Shown: one piece after another, positions 11,531 through 25,612 of the stretch
Layout of the letters: each line of letters opens with the position of its first letter
Numbering within the stretch: the first letter of the stretch is position 1
From: Mobula hypostoma
Lineage: Eukaryota
Assembly (NCBI RefSeq): GCF_963921235.1
Contig: NC_086109.1
Location: forward strand, 18,540,001-18,604,000
DNA: 64,000 nucleotides
Reading direction: 5' to 3'
The notes under the pieces: generated by a model
What the model was told of the DNA's origin: nothing
Database searches by the model: none
The model's input: the letters and a program-made list of their open reading frames with translations, nothing else
Program-made: the position numbers and the translations under genes

Positions 11531-13619
11531 GCAGACTTCTTGTGAGTCTACTCTACCAGCAGGGCACAATGTAGCCAGAAATGGTGATAGAGCAATCTAA
11601 GGTAAAGATGATCCTGCCTGTAGTTTTGCAGCAGTGGATTATGTGTCTTACTTTGCTTATATATGTCCATGCCATAAAGCTAACTGGGTTGGAACAACTG
11701 AGTTCTGGTCTGATCCAATCATATTTCCTTAAAATTCTGATCTGCTACTTAGCAGAGGCTGGGGCCGTGAAAATTAAATCACAGCAGTATTCCAGTACAG
11801 GGAGACTTTGATAGGAAAGGAATGGCTGGTTCTCTTATTAAAAGATCACGATTTACAAAATTCTGACAGCTTTTATGATCCTAGCTCCAGGTTTTTTGCT
11901 TTTTTTTTGAATTTTTGATAAAAATCTAATGATGGCTCATTCCCTGGGCCACCAAGCCAAGATACATTCGCTACCATATTGCATGACAGAACTGATCTAG
12001 AAAATGATAGTTTGGCCCCTACTATGCAAAAAAAGAGCAAACTAATTGCTGAATACTCAATGAAAGTTTGCTCTTGCACAACATGGCTGTATTCAGAATT
12101 TCAGGTTGTGTACTCTATATTCAATGGAACCATTGAACATGTCCTAGTCCTAGAGTGCATCATTTGAAACTGGCTGCTTTTCAATTTTACCTTGAGTCAG
12201 TCACTCTCTGACCCTCCCTCCTTCGTAATAAAAGTGACAAGAACTTCCATCACCAAATCCCGAACTGATTATGATTCGGATCTTTTGCCACACTGATGTC
12301 CTAATCTGACCAAACCTATGGAAATTGATGTAATTAAAAAGATTGAAACTATGCATCATGCTCTCAGTCCTCTTGAAACATCAGTCTGAATCAGTTGCTA
12401 AGAAATAAAGAACCACAATTTAACTTGTCGTTCTGCTTTCTTCCTTTCTCCACCATCTGTATATCCCTCCCATTGAAGCATCACTAGCAGCCACTGATTG
12501 ACCTGGTTTTTCTTGTTTCATGGGGACACATGTACATACATCTTGATTTACTGCACACTACTTCATATTTATGAAGAATCATGTAAACGTGAACTCCATC
12601 ATTTCTCTCATCAAAACTAACTAAGAGATAAAAGAAGATATAAAAATGAGAAAAAGTGTAAAGTACTCTGCTGTCCGTTCAGCTGTGATGGTTAGTACCA
12701 GAAACTTTCTTCAGGCAACTGGCAAATATTATGCTTAGGCAGGGAATAAGTTTCAATGGATTGTTAAGGCTAATTTCAATTGTACAAAATTCTAAACATT
12801 TAATCTCCATCCATTCACTCCAACTAATTCAGTTATTCATCAAAGGAGACACTAAACTCTAAGTAGAATATTTCTCAGTTACCCAGCTTTTAATTATCAA
12901 AGAATGCAGCCTATCAGATGATATTTATCTCCTAAAAACAGCAATCCATTTTCTCTTTGATATTCTGTACAATACAGGCTTTATCTAGATTGAGCCTGTG
13001 AACATATATAACTGTAGGCTGTGGTATTAAGGTACAATGTGGTTCTTTTTAATCTGTACTAGAGAAACCTAGATTTAAGGTTAAGTATTTCTTGTCAAAC
13101 ACGTTTTTACAATGATATTAATGGTCAGCACTATGAGGAAGGGCAGGTTTAAAATCACTCCTTGTTAGGAATACACTGTGCAAGTTAAAATAATTTCATA
13201 CCTTTCTTCACATTCAGAGTCTGTGCTGAAAAGTTTCAGTAACAAGAAAAAAGAACTATATTCAAATACATCTTGATAATGTTGAAACTTGTTTCCGTAC
13301 ACAATAAGCAATTTGGGATGAGTGATCTATCACAGATCATCTTATAGGCTTTCAATTTACAAGCTTGTCAGAATGTCCTTTTCACTGGTCATTGAGAGTA
13401 TACTCCTTACAAAGTCAGGAACGCTCTATCTATTCCAGTTTATATCTGTATCTATCATGTAATACACATGATAGCATGCATGCTAAAGTATAGTTGTACA
13501 TCTCCTTAAGTATAGATCAACCAAGTCCTATCGCATGAACACTAGGCAAATTCATGGGACACACATTCAACATCCTAACTCCCGGTACTGTAACATGAGA
13601 ATTTCTTTACTGAAAAAAT

Positions 13620-13880
13620 AGAATAGGAATAAGATTTGGCTTTTCAAAGCTCATCAACCTTCAGCCCATGATGCTGCGCTAACCTTTTAACTACTCTGAG
13701 ATAAATCTAACCCTGCTTCCCTCCACAAAGCCCTCCATTTTTCTTTCATGTGCCTATCTCAGAGTCTCTTAAGTGTCCCTAATGTATCTACCTCTATCAC
13801 TACCCGACAGTGCATTCCATGTACCTACCACCCTCTGTAATGAACTTACCTCTGACTTCTCCCCGATACTTTCCTTATAA
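13620..13880 (-). mobile_element. Old CR1 3' fragment
   Basis: Similar to the 3' end of the 22.5 kb CR1 (QRVV..WNAL motif). Confidence 0.55.
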
Positions 13881-14339
13881 TTAAATTCAATTATAACTGA
13901 TCAAGATTCTCCATATCCCAACTTAAAATTACAGCTATATTGATGCCAAAAGGGGCAGAACTAGTAAGCAGAGTTCCAAGTCTATATGAATCTACATTGG
14001 CATTTTTGATTTTAATATTACGCCAATGCCCCAGATTCCTTACCTGGAGAAAAGAATTTGCCATTTAATTGAATTAATGTATTATTTAAAATCAAATCTC
14101 AGTTAGACTACCTTTGCTCCATGTTAACAAAAAAGACCAAAACTAAACTTTTTCAGCCTTGCCATAAAAAACTTACCTGTTGTACTCTGCAAGACTACCA
14201 AAACCTTTCCTGTTGTACTCAAGTATGATGGTAGTTGACCAGATGAGGCCTGATAGCAAATGCAATACGACACAACTTCCTTATTTATGTATACAATCCC
14301 CTTGACAGCAGGATTAAAATTCTCAGGTTTTCAGCTTGC

Positions 14340-14620
14340 TTTTTAGTATTTGGTCCTGATGAAGGGTCTCAACTTGAAATGTTGCCTGTTCAAACCTTTC
14401 TATTGATGCTGTCTGTACTGCTGAGTTCCTCCAGTATTTTATGTTTGTTTCTTTGGACTCCCACCACCCCTGGAATCCCTTGGCCCTGATGAAGGGTCTC
14501 ATCCCAAAACATTGACTGTTCATTCCTCCCCATGGATGCTACCTGACCTGCTGAACTTCCCCAGCATTCTATTTTTGTTCCTCTGGATTTTCAGCATCTG
14601 CAGAATCTCGTGTGCTTATG
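14340..14620 (+). mobile_element. Two tandem Penelope-like terminal repeats with degenerate hammerhead cores
   Basis: CCTGATGAAGGGTCTC occurs twice, each followed by GATGCT...CTGCTGA. Confidence 0.75.
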
Positions 14621-15231
14621 CTTTTTAATAGTTGTGTGTTAATTTTTCGTAATCAGCGCAATGGGATTTTAAGGGATGCCATAAGATATGCTAGGAGGAG
14701 TAACTGCAGGACATTCTGTAGATAATGTATAAGTGAGTGTGCTGGTGGAGGGACTGAATGTATGACATAGTGAATATAACAATTATTCTGGATGGTATTG
14801 AACCGTGAGTATTGCTACAGTTGCAGGTAAGTGGACAATATTCCTTCACACTCCTAATGGCTGTCGGGAGTAGGGAGGAGGGTCACTCACTACAGGCCGT
14901 CCATCTTCTGGTCCACTCTAGTAGGCTATTTTTTGAAGGTGAAAGACCATCTCCTCATATTCCTTTGACACAAGCATAGACAAACATGCTGCAGTTCACA
15001 AAGAGAACCACATATGCTCTATAATAGAATTTCTAAGTCTTGCTCTAAAACTACGATATTATTTGATTCAGTTTTTCTTCAGGAAAGTGCTATAAACTGA
15101 AAAGACCAGTTGGTCCTAGAATGGCCAGTAATTTCATTCAAGTACAATGAAAATGAAGTCGAAAGGATTTTGGCAAGGACAAGGATGGCCTCAATTACAA
15201 GCTGGATCCAGGAAAATATCTGCTATCAGCC

Positions 15232-15570
15232 CTCCCCCCCCCCCCCACCCATTACCTCCCTCTGATGCCCCCCTCCTTCCCTTTCTCTCGTGGTCTAATT
15301 CCCTTCTCCTATCACATTCCTTTTTCAACCCTTTACCTTTTCTACCCATCACCTCCCAGTTTCTCACCATCTCCCACACCCCGTTCACCCACCTCCCCCC
15401 TCCTTATTCTGGCTTCTTTCCCCTTCCTTTCCAGTCCTGATGAAGTGTTTTTGCCAGAAACAGCAACTGTTCATTCCATTCCATGGATGCTGCCTAATCT
15501 ATGGAGTTCCTCTAGCATTTTGTGTGTTGCTCTGGATATCTAGTATCTGCAGAATCTCTTGTGTTTATGC
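15232..15570 (+). mobile_element. Penelope-like 3' end
   Basis: Pyrimidine-rich tract, AGTCCTGATGAAG core, terminal TCTGCAGAATCTCTTGTGTTT. Confidence 0.75.
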
Positions 15571-16169
15571 CATAGGATAATGAATTATTCTAAAAAATGG
15601 ATAAAATTGAATAAATTTCAACACAAAGATGAAATGAAAGATTTCAATGAAAAATTCCATCCAATCTGCCATTTTTATTTTATTTAGAAAAATCAGCTTC
15701 ACCATATTCAGCCTAATGGCTTAGCTGAGCTTCCCATCATCTTTTAAATGCTGTTTTTCTTTGACCCTTCTGAAATGTTGTTCGCATGTGCCAGTAAATA
15801 AAACAAAGAAGGCTCAGTGCAGAATTTCCTCCCATTTATTACGCAGACAACACAGCAGCAAGATATTCAGCCACTCCTTTTTGTGTGGCTCCAGAGCAAA
15901 TGACCTTTGTAATTGTAACTGAGTCACTGGAATTCTACCGCTGAAACCACTAACCATCACCAGAGTCACCTCCTGTTCCCATCCCCCCCACCCTCCCTCC
16001 CAAGCTCTTACTTAAGTGTGTTCATGCCAAACCAAGAGGAAGACAGGAAGAAAAACATTCATAATTAACCATTGTTTCAAGAGTCAACATTTCTTACATA
16101 GCTCTGGTTCATGGCTCCAGAACTTGCAAGCAAGTCTGCTTGTATATATCACAATGTGTATTGCTGTTT

Positions 16170-16620
16170 TCCAGGTTTTCCTAGTGGAGAGCCAGTGAGA
16201 TAGCATCCACTCTAGACCTGCTGTAGCAGTAGGCAAATTGCAATGCGTACAGGTTCTTTCTCATTCAGGAGCTAATTCAAGTCATGACCAAACTCGCAAA
16301 GCACTTCATCTCAGTAGATGTGAGTGCTACTGGGTTATAGAGATTGAGACAGCTCATGCTGTTTTTTTTTGGCACTGGTATAATTGGTGTCCCTTTGAAG
16401 CAGGCAAGAACCTCAGACTGCAGCAGTGAGCAGCTGAACACTCCAGCTAGTGGGCCAACACAAGTATTTTGTACCTTGTCAGGTATGCAATCGGGCCTGA
16501 CACTTTGCAAGGGTTCACCCTCTTGAAAGATGTTCTGATGACAGCTTCAAAATGCAGATTATAAAGTTTCCCGGTACAGTTTTATTCTCCTGTTCAAAGC
16601 ATGCATAAAAGGCATTGAAC
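16170..16620 (-). mobile_element. Rex-Babar RT fragment
   Basis: [29 protein letters not shown]. Confidence 0.75.
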
Positions 16621-18289
16621 TCATCCAAAACTCATTAAAAAAAACTAAATTCCATGGTGAATATGATCCTTTTAGAGCAGGTATTAATGCTTAGGAGAAG
16701 CTGGACTAAAATTATCACTGATGGCTAAAACAAAAAAAAGAGCAGCCTCTAAATCAAGGCGTTGTCAATCCCCTAGCCAAGCTATACTATACTTCCCCAT
16801 TCAGGAGATGCATTTTGGTATTAGTTTCCATTGAACAAGTTTATGGCAATCATTTAGTCATGCTTTCTGAACTTATAACTATTATTAGTTTAATCACTGT
16901 GTTTGCTTAAAATGGATCTTCTAAATCATTCTTGGGAACTCATATCCTCAAAGTGGTCTGTTTGATTTACTGTCGTTTAAATCATGTATCTGAAGAGCTT
17001 AAGATGTACATTTTTTTCTTTAGCTAAAACACCAACGGGCTTGGCAAGCTTTAATAAAGCTTGTCATCTGATCGTTTTGCACACTTAATTTATTACTCAT
17101 TGACTTCATGGAATGTAGCTTCAGAAATATATCAATTCAATTTCAGCACAATCAATATCTTGAAGCTACTTAACTACACAGTACAGTTTAGCCCATGCAT
17201 GTAAATTATATTAAAGTTTGACAACAATCCAAAACAAATGAAGCAACATTGCGGGACACTTTTTAAAAATGGATACAGAACCTCCAAAGTTACACGCGGC
17301 AACACTGTCATTAAAGCAAAAAACGATTTGTAAAAGAGAGTAGTAGGTGGGCTCTTTTCCAGTATAATTTAGATGCATTCCATACTCCTTTGTTCTGACC
17401 TTGTTCTTTGGAGCCAAGCTCACCATATATTTTAAACAAATGTACAGGTCATCATGCAAATTAGAGCATATTAACAGTTGGCCCATCAAGCCTATCCCAC
17501 ATTATGTAGAAGAGAATTTCACAATCCATGGTCATCCTGAAAGGTTCTAAAACTGAAGTACCGTTATGCAAGAAAAACAATTTGCAAGGAACCAGTATCT
17601 ACAATCGGCAACATGATAATAACCGAAAAATCTATTTTAGTTAGGTTGAACAAAGGATAGATACTAGCCAACACACCAAGGGTAATTTTCCTTTCTAAAA
17701 CAAAATGCCTCAACACCATTAGTGTGAACTGAGAGGATAGATAAAGCTTCAGGCTAACAGCACATCCTGATAGTAATGCCTCTGACAGTACAGCAAACAC
17801 CTTTGTTCAGCAGTAAGATGTGAGCCTGAAATTTCTTTGTTGAGGACTTAATTCCTCAACCACACACTCACAAGCCAGTGAACTACATTTACAGAAACAC
17901 AGAATAGGTATTTTTGATCACTTGTCTTCCAGGAGCCTAGTTTTGAATCCGAAAAGCCAAGTCACTATGGATTCCATGTATCTTATTCTTCTGGATGAGC
18001 CTAACATAAAGGATCTTGTCAAACTCCTTACTACGATCCATGTTGACCAGCTCTACATCAAAACAGTTCCTTTGGCCCACTGAATCAGCACCAACTAGTC
18101 AGTGTGCATTTACAGTAATCCTACCTTAATCTAGTTCATTTCCCCACCTTCCTATCAACTCAGAATAGATCTCACATCTCTGAAGTTGTGAGGCAGCAAC
18201 TCTACCAGCAGTCCCACTGGGCTCCCCAACATAAATGCTTCACTGAAAATTGCAAATCTTTCTAAACCACTTTGTTAATTAAATGAGGG

Positions 18290-18805
18290 GAATAGTATGT
18301 CACCAAAGTCTCTTGTAGATTTCTATAGATGTATTGTGGGAAGCATTCTGATTGGTTACATCGCCATCTGGTATGGAGGCTCCAATGCTGATTGGAAAAA
18401 GTTGCAGAGGGTTGTAAACTCATCATGGGCACATCTTCCCATTATCGAGGACGTCTTCAAAACGCAATGCCTAAAGCAGGAAGTATCCATCATTAAGGAC
18501 CCTCACCACCCAGGACATACCCTGTTCTCATTACTACCATCAAAGAGGAGGTACAGGAGCTTGAAGACAGATATTCAATGTTTTAGTAACAACCTCTTTC
18601 TCTCCATCATCAGATTTCTAAACAACGCATGAACCCATGAACACTGCCTCACTATTTTGTTCTATTTTTGCACTACATATAATTTTTTATAATTCTTATT
18701 GTAACTTATAGAAAAACACTTATGTATTAATTATAACTGCTATCATAAAACATCAAATTTCACAACATACAGTATGTCAGTGATAATAAACTCGATTCTG
18801 AGATT
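18290..18805 (+). mobile_element. Rex-Babar 3' fragment
   Basis: FYRCIVGSIL...IIKDPHHPGHTLFSLLPSKRRYRSLKT, then AATAAA and a GATTCT tail. Confidence 0.85.
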
Positions 18806-20318
18806 TTAAACGTCCACTTTTTGATTCAATCTTTAAAAAGGATGTTAAAGTCTTGGAGGTGTAGACAAGATTTATCAGATAACCGAAAAGAATCTGAAGA
18901 GAGATTTTATTTTAAATGCAGTATCCTTTGATGCTGAAAATCCTCTGTAAAAGACAAAAACAGCACTAATGATAGCTTTCAGAAAGGTGTGGATATAGAC
19001 ATAGAAAGGAGAAAAAAAAATAAAAATAATTATAGGTTAATGAAACGCAGGAGGAAAACTAACTGAACAGGTATTTCAAAGGATTGGTGATGTCAGTGGC
19101 TTCTTATTAGTGCTGGGATTGAATTACATAATATTAAGAGACCAGGTCATCAGTGAAATGTTTACAAAAACATTGACAGCCTTGTGGTTCATGATATTGA
19201 ACTTCACACACTATACTATAGTGTTTTTCAAACTTAAAAATATCTATCTCTTAAGAAAACAAATACAGATAAAATGCACTGAAATTTAGTTAACATTGAG
19301 ATACTAAGTAATAGTTGATAAATGCTTTTAATACATTTTATAATTGCAATAATTTAATCATAAATATTCAATATTCAAAAGAAAGGTGGAGAATTGCCAA
19401 GCTCAACTTTCATTCAAATATTAACAATGATGAGCTAATTATTTCAGTAGGTTTTGCACAGGTATAAAGAAGATTGCAGTATAGTTGTCTTGTATTAACA
19501 AATTAGTCCAATTATTACTTCAGCTAAATTATATTCTAAATTAACCAGTCTTTCACACAATAAAGATGCACTATGTTTTTCATATCTATTTTACTCTATA
19601 GATCACCTGACTATGCACACAATTATTGAATGTGATTAGCATGATTATGGGCTTTCCACTGCCAAAATGTAATTTAAGATTTTACCTTTGTTTTGGTCTA
19701 GTTATATTGTGTTATATTTACTATTATTAATTATCACTGACCAGAGAATTATAAAGCAGGGAAGCCTTTTGGCCTAACCGGTGCAGGTTGACCAATTTGC
19801 CAACCTGAGAGTCATATTTGCCTACATTTGGACCAAATCCCTCTAAACCTTTCCTATCCATTGCAAGTTATTTTTCTAAAACTATTAAGAGATATTTGTA
19901 AAATGTTCTAAATTTATTTCCATACTTTCTACTTTCATAGTGGATTAATCTTGTTACTTTATAGCACAGTTCACACTGTTGGTAAATAACTGCTTTGAAA
20001 ACTACTGTGTATCCTTTTTCACGATAGGAGTTTTTGCAAAGCTTTTGAATATTTTTGCAATTTTATTTTAAATTAAATGACATGACATGAACAATTACAC
20101 AGTTGAAGAAATGTTTGGTACACTAATAATGGGGACTATGCGAATTGCTGCAGCCGAATTTAATTATACAACTGCTACATCAGTAATGTAATAATTAACA
20201 TTTCCAGGGTACTGTGCAAGATGGATTTCGGTAGGACACAAACAGTCCTTGTTAACTTTTTGTGAATTTTGCTTTAAGCTGATTCCTCACTTCTATGCTG
20301 AGCAGGGTTTCATATATA

Positions 20319-21784
20319 CAGTGCCCATAAAAAGTACTTCCCCCCCAGAAGTTTTCATGTTTTATTGTTTTACAACATTGAATCACAGTGGATTTAATTT
20401 GCCTTTTTTGACACAATCAACAGAAAAAAGACTTTTTCGTGTCAAAGAGAAAACAGATTTCTGCAAAGTGATCTAATTTAATTACAAATATAAAACATAA
20501 AATAATTGATTGCATAAGTATTCACCCCCTTTAATTTGACACACCAAATCATCACGGATTCAGCCAATTGGTTTTCGAAGTCACATAATTAGTTAAATGG
20601 GGATCACTGTGTGTACTGAAGGTGTTTCAATTGATTGAAGCAAAAAAAAACCTGTATCTGGAAGGTCCAACTGCTGGTGAGTCACTATGAAGACAAAAGA
20701 ACAGTCCAAGCAATTCTGTGAAAAGGCTATTGAAAAGCACAAGTCAGGAAATGGATATAAAAAAATTTCCAAGTCACTGAATATCCCTTGGTGTACAGTT
20801 AAGTCAACCATCAAGAAATGGAAAGAATATGGCACAGCTGTAAATCTGCCTGGAGCAGGACGTCCTCAAAAACTGAGTGACCATGCAAGAAGGGGACTAG
20901 TGAGGGAGGCCAACAAGGGACCTACGACAGCTCTGGAGGAGACAAACTTCAGTGGCTGAGACTGCGTATACAGCAACTGTTGACGGGGAGCTTCACCAGT
21001 CACGGCTTAATGGGAGAGTGGCAAAGAGAAAGCCACTGTTGGAAAAAAAAACTCACATGAAATCTTGGCTAGAGTTTGCCAGAACATAATCTGTACTGTG
21101 AAGCCTGGTGGTAGCTGCATCATGCTGTGGGGATGCTTCACTGCAGCAAGTCCTGGAAGGCTTGTGAAGTTAGAAGGTAAAATGAATGCAGCAAAATACA
21201 GGGAAATCATGGAGAAAAACCTGATACAGGCTGCAAGAGAACTGTGACTTGGGAGAAGATCTGTTTTCCAGCAAAGCAATGACCCCCAGCATAAAGCCAA
21301 AGTAACGCAGGAATGGCTTAAAAACAACGCCAATGTTCTGGAATGGCCAAGTCAGAGTCCAGACCTCAATCCAACAGAGTATTTGTGGCTGGATTTGAAA
21401 AGGGCCGTTCATTCATGATCCCCATATAATTTGACAGAGCTTGAGCAATTTTGTAAAGAAGAATGGGGGAAAATTGCAGTGTCCAGATGTGCAAAGCTGA
21501 TAGAGACCAATCCACACAGACGCAAGGCTGTAATTTCTGCCAAAGGTGCATCTACTAAATACTGACTTGAAGGGGTTGAATATTTATGCAATCAATTATT
21601 TTGATTTTATATTTGTAATTAATTTAGATCACTTTGTAGAGATCGGTTTTCACTTTGACACAAAAGTCTTTTTCTGTTGATCAGTGTCAAAAAAGCCAAA
21701 TTAAATTCACTGATTCAATTTTGTAAAAACAATAAAACATGAAAACTTCCGGTGGGCGGGGGTGAATACTCTTTATAGGCACTG
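20319..21784 (+). mobile_element. Tc1-like transposon with both TIRs; internally deleted transposase pseudogene
   Basis: TA|CAGTG...CACTG|TA with ~210-bp TIRs. [40 protein letters not shown]. The first-Asp (W.DE) region is missing. Confidence 0.92.
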
Positions 21785-22607
21785 TATTATTAAAGTTTTT
21801 TGCTTTTCAATTAATGTTAAAATCATCTATTTTTGGCTTTTGCTTTTGGCTGCATACAAGTATAACTTTGCTCAGTTAATTGCATCAAAAGCTTTTGTTT
21901 TTTTTAAATATACCCCTTCAGTTCTTAGGCAGTTATCAAAGGGGTGAATAGTACCTGGCAAAAAAAAACAGATCTGTCAACATGTATAATTAACATCAAG
22001 CTATGTAACATTAAGAACAGTGTATGCTAGTGCAATCCTACAAGGAAGTTATTGCAAAATGTAGTATACATGAGATGTTCAAAGTTTGAAAATAAAAGCT
22101 GCTCCCTGTCATTCAACAGGTCAGGCAGATCCTGTAGTAAAATCTGTAGCTCTGATTTTTCATTACAACTGAGTGAAATTGCTGAGAGACACAGACTAGC
22201 TATGGTGAGTTAATTAATGTAACATTGTTTATATAGGCAAAATATGAAACAGAATTGCTACTTTTTCCATTGAGTTAGCATATTTAACATCCAGATAAGC
22301 TCATAACCCTCAAAATTTCTACTAACACTGGCTAACATCAACAATTAAGTGGTGATTTTTTTTTGTTCCAACTGAACCTTCATTTAACAATCTAATGCCA
22401 AAAATTATTATTTTTTGACTGAAAACCTACAGTTACTCAAGACTGCAGAATGCTCCTTCTAGGTTTGCCAGTTTTGGGGAACCCACATGACTGCATTCAA
22501 CAGCCTGATTTAGAAACATAGAAACATAGAAAATAGGTGCAGGAGTAGGCCATTCGGCCCTTCGAGCCTGCACCGCCATTTATTATGATCATGGCTGATC
22601 ATCCAAC

Positions 22608-25607
22608 TCAGAACCCAGCCTTCCCTCCATACCCCCTGACCCCTGTAGCCACAAGGGCCATATCTAACTTCCTTTTAAACATAGCTAATGAACTGGCCTC
22701 AACAGTTTGCTGTGGCAGAGAATTCCACAGATTCACCACTCTCTGTGTGAAGAAGTTTTTCCTAACCTCGGTCCTAAAAGGCTTCCCCTCTATCCTCAAA
22801 CTGTGACCCCTCGTTCTAGACCTCCCCAACATCGGGAACAATCTTCCCGCATCTAGCCTGTCCAATCCCTTTAGAATCTTATACGTTTCAATCAGATCCC
22901 CCCTCAATCTTCTAAATTCCAACGAGTACAAGCCCAGTTCATCCAGTCTTTCTTCATATGAAAGACCTGCCATCCCAGGAATCAATCTGGTGAACCTTCT
23001 TTGTACTCCCTCTATGGCAAAGATGTCTTTCCTCAGATTAGGGGACCAAAACTGCACACAATACTCCAGGTGTGGTCTCACCAAGGCCTTGTACAACTGC
23101 AGTAGTACCTCCCTGCTCCTGTACTCGAATCCTCTCGCTATAAATGCCAGCATACCGTTCGCCTTTTTCACCGCCTGCTGTACCTGCATGCCCACTTTCA
23201 ATGACTGGTGTATAATGACACCCAGGTCTCGTTGCACCTCCCCTTTTCCTAATCGGCCACCATTCAGATAATAATCTGTTTTCCTATTTTTGCCACCAAA
23301 GTGGATAACTTCACATTTATCCACATTAAATTGCATCTGCCATGAGTTTGCCCACTCACCCAACCTATCCAAGTCACCCTGCATCCTCTTAGCATCCTCC
23401 TCACTGCTAACACTGCCACCCAGCTTCGTGTCATCCGCAAACTTGGAGATGCTGCATTTAATTCCCTCATCCAAGTCATTAATATATATTGTAAACAACT
23501 GGGGTCCCAGCACTGAGCCTTGCGGTACCCCACTAGTCACCGCCTGCCATTCTGAAAAGGTCCCGTTTATTCCCACTCTTTGCTTCCTGTCTGCTAACCA
23601 ATTCTCCACCCACACCAATACCTTACCCCCAATACCGTGTGCTTTAAGTTTGCACACTAATCTCCTGTGTGGGACCTTGTCAAAAGCCTTTTGAAAATCC
23701 AAATATACCACATCCACTGGTTCTCCCCTATCCACTCTACTAGTTACATCCTCAAAAAATTCTATGAGATTCGTCAGACATGATTTTCCTTTCACAAATC
23801 CATGCTGACTTTGTCCGATCATTTCACCGCTTTCCAAATGTGCTGTTATCACATCCTTGATAACTGACTCCAGCAGTTTCCCCACCACCGACGTTAGGCT
23901 AACCGGCCTATAATTCCCCGGTTTCTCTCTCCCTCCTTTTTTAAAAAGTGGGGTTACATTAGCCACCCTCCAATCCTCAGGAACTAGTCCAGAATCTAAC
24001 GAGTTTTGAAAAATTATCACTAATGCATCCACTATTTCTTGGGCCACTTCCTTAAGCACTCTGGGATGCAGACCATCTGGCCCTGGAGATTTATCTGCCT
24101 TCAATCCCTTCAATTTACCTAACACCACTTCCCTACTAACATGTATTTCACTCAGTTCCTCCATCTCACTGGACCCTCTGTCCCTTACTATTTCTGGAAG
24201 ATTATTTATGTCCTCCTTAGTGAAGACAGAACCAAAGTAATTATTCAATTGGTCTGCCATGTCCTTGCTCCCCATAATCAATTCACCTGTTTCTGTTTGC
24301 AGGGGACCTACATTTGTCTTTATCAGTCTTTTTCTTTTTACATATCTATAACAGCTTTTACAGTCCGTTTTTATGTTCTCTGCCAGTTTTCTCTCATAAT
24401 CTGTTTTCCCCTTCCTAATTAAGCCCTTTGTCCTCCTCTGCTGAACTCTGAATTTCTCCCAGTCCTCAGGTGAGCCACTTTCTCTGGCTAATTTGTATGC
24501 TACTTCTTTGGAATTGATACTATCCCTAATTTCTCTTGTCAGCCACGGGTGCACTACCTTCCTTGATTTATTCTTTTGCCAAACTGGGATGAACAATTGT
24601 TGTAGTTCATCCATGCAACCTTTAAATGCCTGCCATTGCATATCCACCGTCAATCCTTGAAGTGTCATTTGCCAGTCTATCTTAGCTAATTCACGTCTCA
24701 TACCTTCAAAGTTACCCCTCTTTAAGTTCAGAACCTTTGTTTCTGAATTAACTACGTCACTCTCCATGTTAATGAAGAATTCCACCATATTATGGTCACT
24801 CTTACCCAAGGGGCCTCTCACGACAAGATCGCTAATTAACCCTTCCTCATTGCTCAAAACCCAGTCCAGAATAGCCTGCTCTCTAGTCGGTTCCTCGACA
24901 TGTTGGTTCAAAAAACCATCCCGCATACATTCCAAGAAATCCTCTTCCTCAGCACCCTTACCAATTTGGTTCACCCAGTCTACATGTAGATTGAAGTCAC
25001 CCATTATAACTGCTGTTCCTTTATTGCACACATTTCTAATTTCCTGTTTAATACCATCTCCGACCTCACTACTACTGTTAGGTGGCCTGTACACAACTCC
25101 CACCAGCGCCTTCTGCCCCTTAGTGTTACGCAGCTCTACCCATATCGATTCCACATCTTCCCGGCTTATGTCCTTCCTTTCTATTGCGTTAATCTCTTTT
25201 TTAACCAGCAACGCCACCCCACCTCCCCTTCCTTCATGTCTATCCCTCCTGAATATTGAATATCCCTGAACGTTGAGCTCCCATCCCTGGTCACCCTGGA
25301 GCCATGTCTCTGTGATCCCAACTATATCATAATCATTAATAACAATCTGCACTTTCAATTCATCCACCTTATTACGAATGCTCCTTGCATTGACACATAA
25401 AGCCTTCAGGCGCTCTTTTACAACTCTCTTAGCCCTTTTTAATGCTTGCCCTGGATTTGTCGGCCTGCCACTTTTACTTTTCCCCTTTGTACTTTTTGCT
25501 TCTACGCTCACTTTACACCCCTCTGTCTCTCTGCACTGGTTCCCATCCCTCTGTTGTGAACTAACCTCCTCACACCTAGCCGCTTTAATTTGATTCCCAC
25601 CCCCCAA
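22608..25607 (-). CDS. CR1 ORF2: APE-type endonuclease plus reverse transcriptase
   Basis: 999 open codons. Endonuclease motifs NARS, ITETWL, GGGVAL, YRPP, GDFN, SDH. RT motifs KSPGPDG, NYRPVSLTS, QHGF, LDFQKAFD, GVPQGSVLGP, FADD. The track start codon is TTG, not ATG. Confidence 0.95.
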   Translation of the reverse strand: MGGGNQIKAARCEEVSSQQRDGNQCRETEGCKVSVEAKSTKGKSKSGRPTNPGQALKRAKRVVKERLKALCVNARSIRNKVDELKVQIVINDYDIVGITETWLQGDQGWELNVQGYSIFRRDRHEGRGGGVALLVKKEINAIERKDISREDVESIWVELRNTKGQKALVGVVYRPPNSSSEVGDGIKQEIRNVCNKGTAVIMGDFNLHVDWVNQIGKGAEEEDFLECMRDGFLNQHVEEPTREQAILDWVLSNEEGLISDLVVRGPLGKSDHNMVEFFINMESDVVNSETKVLNLKRGNFEGMRRELAKIDWQMTLQGLTVDMQWQAFKGCMDELQQLFIPVWQKNKSRKVVHPWLTREIRDSINSKEVAYKLARESGSPEDWEKFRVQQRRTKGLIRKGKTDYERKLAENIKTDCKSCYRYVKRKRLIKTNVGPLQTETGELIMGSKDMADQLNNYFGSVFTKEDINNLPEIVRDRGSSEMEELSEIHVSREVVLGKLKGLKADKSPGPDGLHPRVLKEVAQEIVDALVIIFQNSLDSGLVPEDWRVANVTPLFKKGGREKPGNYRPVSLTSVVGKLLESVIKDVITAHLESGEMIGQSQHGFVKGKSCLTNLIEFFEDVTSRVDRGEPVDVVYLDFQKAFDKVPHRRLVCKLKAHGIGGKVLVWVENWLADRKQRVGINGTFSEWQAVTSGVPQGSVLGPQLFTIYINDLDEGIKCSISKFADDTKLGGSVSSEEDAKRMQGDLDRLGEWANSWQMQFNVDKCEVIHFGGKNRKTDYYLNGGRLGKGEVQRDLGVIIHQSLKVGMQVQQAVKKANGMLAFIARGFEYRSREVLLQLYKALVRPHLEYCVQFWSPNLRKDIFAIEGVQRRFTRLIPGMAGLSYEERLDELGLYSLEFRRLRGDLIETYKILKGLDRLDAGRLFPMLGRSRTRGHSLRIEGKPFRTEVRKNFFTQRVVNLWNSLPQQTVEASSLAMFKRKLDMALVATGVRGYGGKAGF

Positions 25608-25612
25608 CCATT

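Noticed and set aside
22990..25593. Several plus-strand ORFs of 70-170 aa
   Set aside because: Antisense shadows of CR1 ORF2.
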